The position numbers were made by a program, and so were the translations under genes. The notes beneath the pieces were generated by a model, which did not search any database, had not been told where the DNA came from, and worked only from the letters and a program-made list of their open reading frames with translations. Shown piece by piece: positions 58,001 through 64,000 of a stretch of DNA of 64,000 bases. Numbering within the stretch: the stretch's first letter is position 1; each line of letters opens with the position of its first letter. Where the stretch lies: positions 18,898,767 to 18,962,766 of the forward strand of contig OZ037766.1 in the NCBI GenBank assembly GCA_964035545.1, given 5' to 3'. The stretch comes from Bugula neritina. Lineage: Eukaryota > Animalia > Bryozoa.

Positions 58001-61000
58001 TATTGAAACACGCTGCAACACATTGAAATATACTGCAACATACCGAAATATATTGTATTCTACTGAAATATGTTGCAAACCACTGAAACATACTGCAATA
58101 AAATGCAATATACTGTAACACACTGAATAATACTGCAAAATGCTGAAATATACTGTAACACAGTGAAGTATACTGCAAAATTTTGAAATATACTGTAACA
58201 TACCGAAATAGGCCTCAACATACTCAAATATACTGCAAGATACTGCAACATACGTAAATACACTCTAACATACTGAAATACACTGCAACATACCCAAATA
58301 AATGGTAACATACTGAAATATACTCAAATACACTGTAACACATTGAAAAATACTGCAACATACTTAAAGACACCACAACTCACTGAAGTATAGTGTAATA
58401 TATGGAAACGTACTGCAACATACTGATATTTACTGCAACACACTGAAATATACTGCAACATACTGAAATACGCTGTAACACATTGAAACACGCTGCAACA
58501 CATTGAAATATACTGCAACATACCGAAATATATTGTAACCTACTGAAATATGTTGCAAACCACTGAACCAAACTGCAATAAAATGAATTATACTGTAACA
58601 CACTGAATAATACTGCAAAATGCTGAAATATACTGTAACACAGTGAAGTATACTGCAAAATTTTGAAATATACTGTAACATACCAAAATAGGGCTCAACA
58701 TACTCAAATATACTGCAAGATACTGCAACATACGTAAATACACTCTAACATACTGAAATACACTGCAACATACTGCAACATACTGAAGTACACTGTAAAA
58801 TATTGAAATACACTGCAACACATTAGAATATACTGCAACACACTGAAATGTACTGCAACATACTGAAATATGTTGCAACATACTGCAACATACTGAAATA
58901 CACTGTGACATACTGTAACATACTGAAATACACTGCAAAAAACTGCAACATACTGGAGTACACTGTACATATTGAAATACACTGCAAAACATTGAAATAT
59001 ACTTCAACACACTGAAATATACTAAAACATGTTGAAATATACTGCAACATACTGAAATACACTGTAACAAACTGAAATACACTGCAATACATTGAAAAAT
59101 ACTGCAACATACTGAAAGACACTACAACTCCCTGAAGTATAGTGTAATATACGGAAATGTACTGTAACATACTGATAATTACTGTAACACTGAATTATAC
59201 TGCAACATACTGCAATACACTGTAACATACCGAAATAAACTGCAACATACTGCAACATACTGAATTACACTGTAACATACTAAAATGCACTGCAACATTC
59301 TGCAACATACTTCAACATACTGAAATACACTGTAACATAATGAAAGATACTGCAACATACCGCAACATACTGAAAAACACTGTAACAAACTGAAATAAGC
59401 TGCAACACATTGGAATATACTGCAACATACCCAAATAAATGGTAACATACTGAAATATACTGAAATACACTGTAACACATTGAAAAATACTGCAATATAC
59501 TGAAAGACACTACAACTCACTGAAGTATAGTGTAATATACGGAAACGGACTGTAACATACTGATATTTACTGCAACACACTGAAAAATACTGCAACATAC
59601 TGAAATACACTGCAACATACTAAGATACACTGCAACATACTAAAATACACTGCAACATGCTGCAACATACTTCAACATACTGAAATACACTGTAACATAA
59701 TGAAATACACTGCAACACATTGAAATATACTGCAACAAACTGAAATATACTGCAACATACTGAAATGTACTGCAACACGCTGAAATATATTGCAACATAC
59801 TGCAACATACTGAAATACACTGTGACATACTGAAACATACTGAAATACACTGCAAAAAACTGCAACATACTGGAGTACACTGTACATATTGAAATACACT
59901 GCAAAACATTGAAATATACTTCAACACACTGGAACATACTAAAACATGTTGAAATATACTGGAACATACTGAAATACACTGTAACAAACTGAAATACACT
60001 GCAATACATTGAAAAATACTGCAACATACTGAAAGACACTACAACTCCCTGAAGTATAGTGTAATATACGGAAATGTACTGTAACATACTGATAATTACT
60101 GTAACACTGAATTATACTGCAACATACTGAAATACACTGTAACATACCGAAATAAACTGCAACATACTGCAACATACTGAAATACACTGTAACATACCGA
60201 AATAAACTGAAATACACTGTAACATAATGAAATACACTGCAACACATTGAAATATACTGCAACAAACTGAAAGACACTACAACTCACTGAAGTATAGTGT
60301 AATATACGGAAACGGACTGTAACATACTGATATTTACTGCAACACACTGAAAAATACTGCAACATACTTAAATCGACTGCAACATACTAAGATACACTGC
60401 AACATGCTAAAATACACTGCAACATGCTGCAACATACTTCAACATACTGAAATACACTGTAACATAATGAAATACACTGCAACACATTGAAATATACTGC
60501 AACAAACTGAAATATACTGCAACATACTGAAATGTACTGCAACACACTGAAATACACTGCAACATATCGAAGTATATCGTAATATACGGACACGTACTGT
60601 AACATACTGAAACACACTGAAACATACTGAAACATACTGAAATATACTAAAACATACTGAAATATACTGCAACATACTGCAACTTACTGAAATACACTGT
60701 AACAAACTGAAATACACTGCAACACATTGGAATATACTGCAACATACCCTAATATATTGTAATATACTGAAATATACTGCAACATACCGCAACATACTGA
60801 ACTAAACTGTAACAAACTGAAAGACACTGCAGCACAGTGGTATATACTGCAACATACCCAATTATATGGTAATATACTGAATAATACTGAAATACACTGT
60901 AACACATTGAAAAATACTGCAACATACTGAAAGACACTACAACTCACTGACGTATCGTGTATAATACGGAAATGTACTGTAACATACTGAGATTTACTGT

Positions 61001-61600
61001 AACACACTGAAATATACTGCAACATACTGATATACACTGTAACATACCAAAATAAACTGCAACATACTGCAACATACTGAATTACACTGTAACATACTAA
61101 ATTACACTGTAACACTCTGCAACTTACTTCAACATACTGAAATACACTGTAACATAATGAAATACACTGCAACATACTGCAACATATTGAAGTACACTGT
61201 TAATTATTGAAATACACTGCAACACATTGGAATATACTCCAACACACTGAAATATACTGCAACATGCTGAAATATACCGCAACATACTTCAACATACTGA
61301 AATACACTGTAACATACTGCAACATACTGCAATACACTGTAACAAACTGAAATACACTGCAACACATTGGAAGATACTGCAACATACCCAAATCAATGGT
61401 AACATACTGAAATATACTGAAATACACTGCAACATATCGAAGTATATCGTAATATACGGACATGTACTGTAACATATTGAAACACACTGAAACATACTGA
61501 AACATACTGAAACATACTTCAACACACTGAAATATACTGAAACATACTGAAATATACTGCAACATACTGCAACATACTGAAATACACTGTAACATACTGC
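25096..61600. repeat. Satellite B, main segment: mosaic of duplicated multi-kb blocks
   Basis: Same decamer and landmarks as the first segment. Block offsets read from matching ORFs: 1111 (26363/27474), 5959 (25487/31446), 5873 (36360/42233), 3066 (38302/41368), 2728 (44243/46971), 3996 (49165/53161), 10132 (46213/56345), 21428 (28180/49608). Confidence 0.98.
25890..28110. repeat. Recent tandem duplication of a 1111-bp block in satellite B (boundaries approximate)
   Basis: Rare variants (TAATAGACGG, GTGATATATGG, GTCTACTGCAGAATTC) appear twice at offset 1111. ORFs 26363/27474, 26451/27562 and 26636/27747 are identical. Confidence 0.9.
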
Positions 61601-64000
61601 AAAATACCTAAATACACTGTAACATACTAAAATACACTGCAACATTCTGCAACATACTTCAACATACTGAAATACACTGAAACATAATGAAGTACACTGC
61701 AACACAATGAAATATACTGCACACACTGAAATATACTGCAACACATCCAAGTACATCGTAATATACGGACATGTACTATAACATACTGAAACATACTGAA
61801 ACATACTGAAACAAAATGAAATTAACTGTAACACACTGAGTAATACTGCAAAATGCTGAAATATACTGTAACACAGTGAAGTATACTGCAAAATTTTGAA
61901 ACATACTCTAACATACTGAAACATGAGCAGTATACTGAAAAATGCCTCGACATACTCAAATACACTGCAAGAAACTGCAACATACGTAAATACACTGTAA
62001 CATACTGACATACACTGCAACATACTGCAACATACTGAAGTCCACTGTGAAATATTGAAATATACTGCAACACATTGGAATATACTGCAACACACTGAAC
62101 TATACTGCAACATACTGAAATATACTGCAACAAACTGCAACATACTGAAATACACTGTAACATACTGTAACATACTGAAATACAGTGCAACAAATTGCAA
62201 CATACAGAAGTACACTGTAAAATATTGAAGTACACTGCAACACATCGAAATATACTTCAACACACTGAAATATACTAAAACATGTTGAAATATACTGCAA
62301 CATACTGCAACATACTGAAATACACTGTAACAAACTGAAATACACTGCAACACATTGGAATATACTGCAACATTCCCTGATATATTGTAATATACTGAAA
62401 TACACTGCAACATACCGCAACATACTAAATTACACTGTTACAAACTGAAATACACTGCAACACATTGGTATATACTGCAACATACCCAAATATATGGTAT
62501 TATACTGAAATATACTGAAATATACTGCAACACACTGAAGTATACTGCAACATACTGAAATATACTCCAACATGCTGCAACATACTGAAATACACTGTAA
62601 CATACTGTAACATACTGAAATACACTGCAACAAACTGCAACTTACTGGAGTACACTGTACATATTGAAAAACACTGCAACACACTGAAATATACTGCAAC
62701 ACACTGAAATATACTGCAAAATACTGAAATATACTTCAACATACTGCAGCATACTGAAAGACACTACAACTAACTGAAGTATAGTGTAATATACGGAAAA
62801 GTACTGTAGCATACTGTCATTTACTGCAACACACTGAAATATACTGCAACATGCTGAAATACACTGTAACATGCCAAAATAAACTGCAACATACTGCAAC
62901 ATACTGAAATACACTGTAACATACTAAATCACACTGCAATATTCTGCAACATACTGAAATGCACTGTAACATAATGAAATACACTGCCACACATTGAAAT
63001 GTACTGCAATACACTGAAATATACTGCAACACATCCAAGTACATCGTAATATACGGACATGTACTATAACATACTGAAACATACTGAAACATAGTGAAAC
63101 AAAATGAAATAAACTGTAACACACTGAGTAATACTGCAAAATGCTGAAATATACTGTAACACAGTGAAGTATACTGCAACATTTTGAAACATACTGTAAC
63201 ATACTGAAAAATGAGCAATATACTGAAAAATGCCTCAACATACTCAAATACACTGCAAGAAACTGCAACATACGTAAATACACTGTAACATACTGACATA
63301 CACTGCAACATACTGCAACATACTGAAGTCCACTGTGAAATATTGAAATACACTGCAACACATTGGAATATACTGCAACACACTGAACTATACTGCAACA
63401 CATCCAAGTACATCGTAATAAACGGACATGTACTGTAACATACTGAAACATACTGAAACATACTGAAACAAAATGAAATAAACTGTAACACACTGAGTAA
63501 TACTGCAGAATGCTGAAATATACTGTAACACAGTGAAGTATACTGCAAATGTCTGAAACATACTGTAACATACTGAAACATGAGCAATATACTGAAAAAT
63601 GCCTCAACATACTCAAATACACTGCAAGAAACTGGAACATACGTAAATACACTGTAACATACTGACATACACTGCAACATACTGCAACAGACTGAAGTCC
63701 ACTGTAAAATATTGAAACACACTGCAACACATTGGAATATACTGCAACACACTGAACTATACTGCAACATACTGAAATATACTGCAACATACTGCAACAT
63801 ACTGAAATACACTGTAACATACTGTAACATACTGAAATACACTGCAACAAACTGCAACATAATGATGTACACTGTACATATTGAAGACACTGCAACACAC
63901 TGAAATATACTGCAACACACTGAAATATACTGCAAAATACTGAAATATGCTTCAACACACTGCAGCATACTGAAAGACATTACAACTAACTGAAGCATAG
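61600..64000. repeat. Satellite B, diverged subfamily domain (runs off the window; left boundary approximate)
   Basis: Same decamer, but with variants not seen upstream: CATCCAAGTACATCG (61744, 63032, 63401), ATGAGCA(G/A)TATACTGAAAAATGCCTC, GAAGTCCACTGT, AACTAACTGAAG. Confidence 0.8.

Noticed and set aside
8301-61000. Recurring ~40-bp anchor motif as a CRISPR repeat
   Set aside because: The intervening sequence is hundreds of bp of satellite rather than unique 30-40 bp spacers. No cas genes are present and the context is eukaryotic-type.
7891-63998. Hundreds of minus-strand ORFs (MLQYISVCCSIFQCVAVY-type, up to 455 aa) and a few plus-strand ORFs (MKYTATHWNILQHT-type)
   Set aside because: They overlap in all three frames and have 10-aa periodicity because 3 decamers equal 10 codons. 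They stay open only because the plus strand rarely contains TTA, CTA or TCA, and recurrent indels switch frames freely. These are satellite translation artefacts, not genes.

Overview
This is a eukaryotic, heterochromatin-like window with no credible protein-coding gene. It holds two abutting satellite arrays with a period of about 10 bp. Satellite A (TTTAGGCAC/TTTAGCAC units) spans 1-7896. Satellite B (NAAYAYACTG decamers) spans 7892-64000 and is organised in three tiers: 10 bp units, ~390-480 bp modules and 1-10 kb reshuffled blocks. The arrays join through a 5-bp microhomology (TAGGC). Each array is interrupted by one non-autonomous TIR DNA transposon: 3795-6327 (2533 bp) and 24340-25095 (756 bp). 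The two elements have related CACAG-starting TIRs and 2-bp target-site duplications (TA and AA), both verifiable against empty sister sites in this window. This fits a CMC/EnSpm(CACTA)-like family. The larger element carries a tRNA-derived Pol III A/B-box cassette and a double E2F-like site. Satellite B carries about 20 copies of a CENP-B-box-like CpG motif and changes to a diverged subfamily after ~61.6 kb. The hundreds of Cys/Tyr/Val-rich ORFs are artefacts of the decamer repeat. The organism cannot be identified from the sequence alone.
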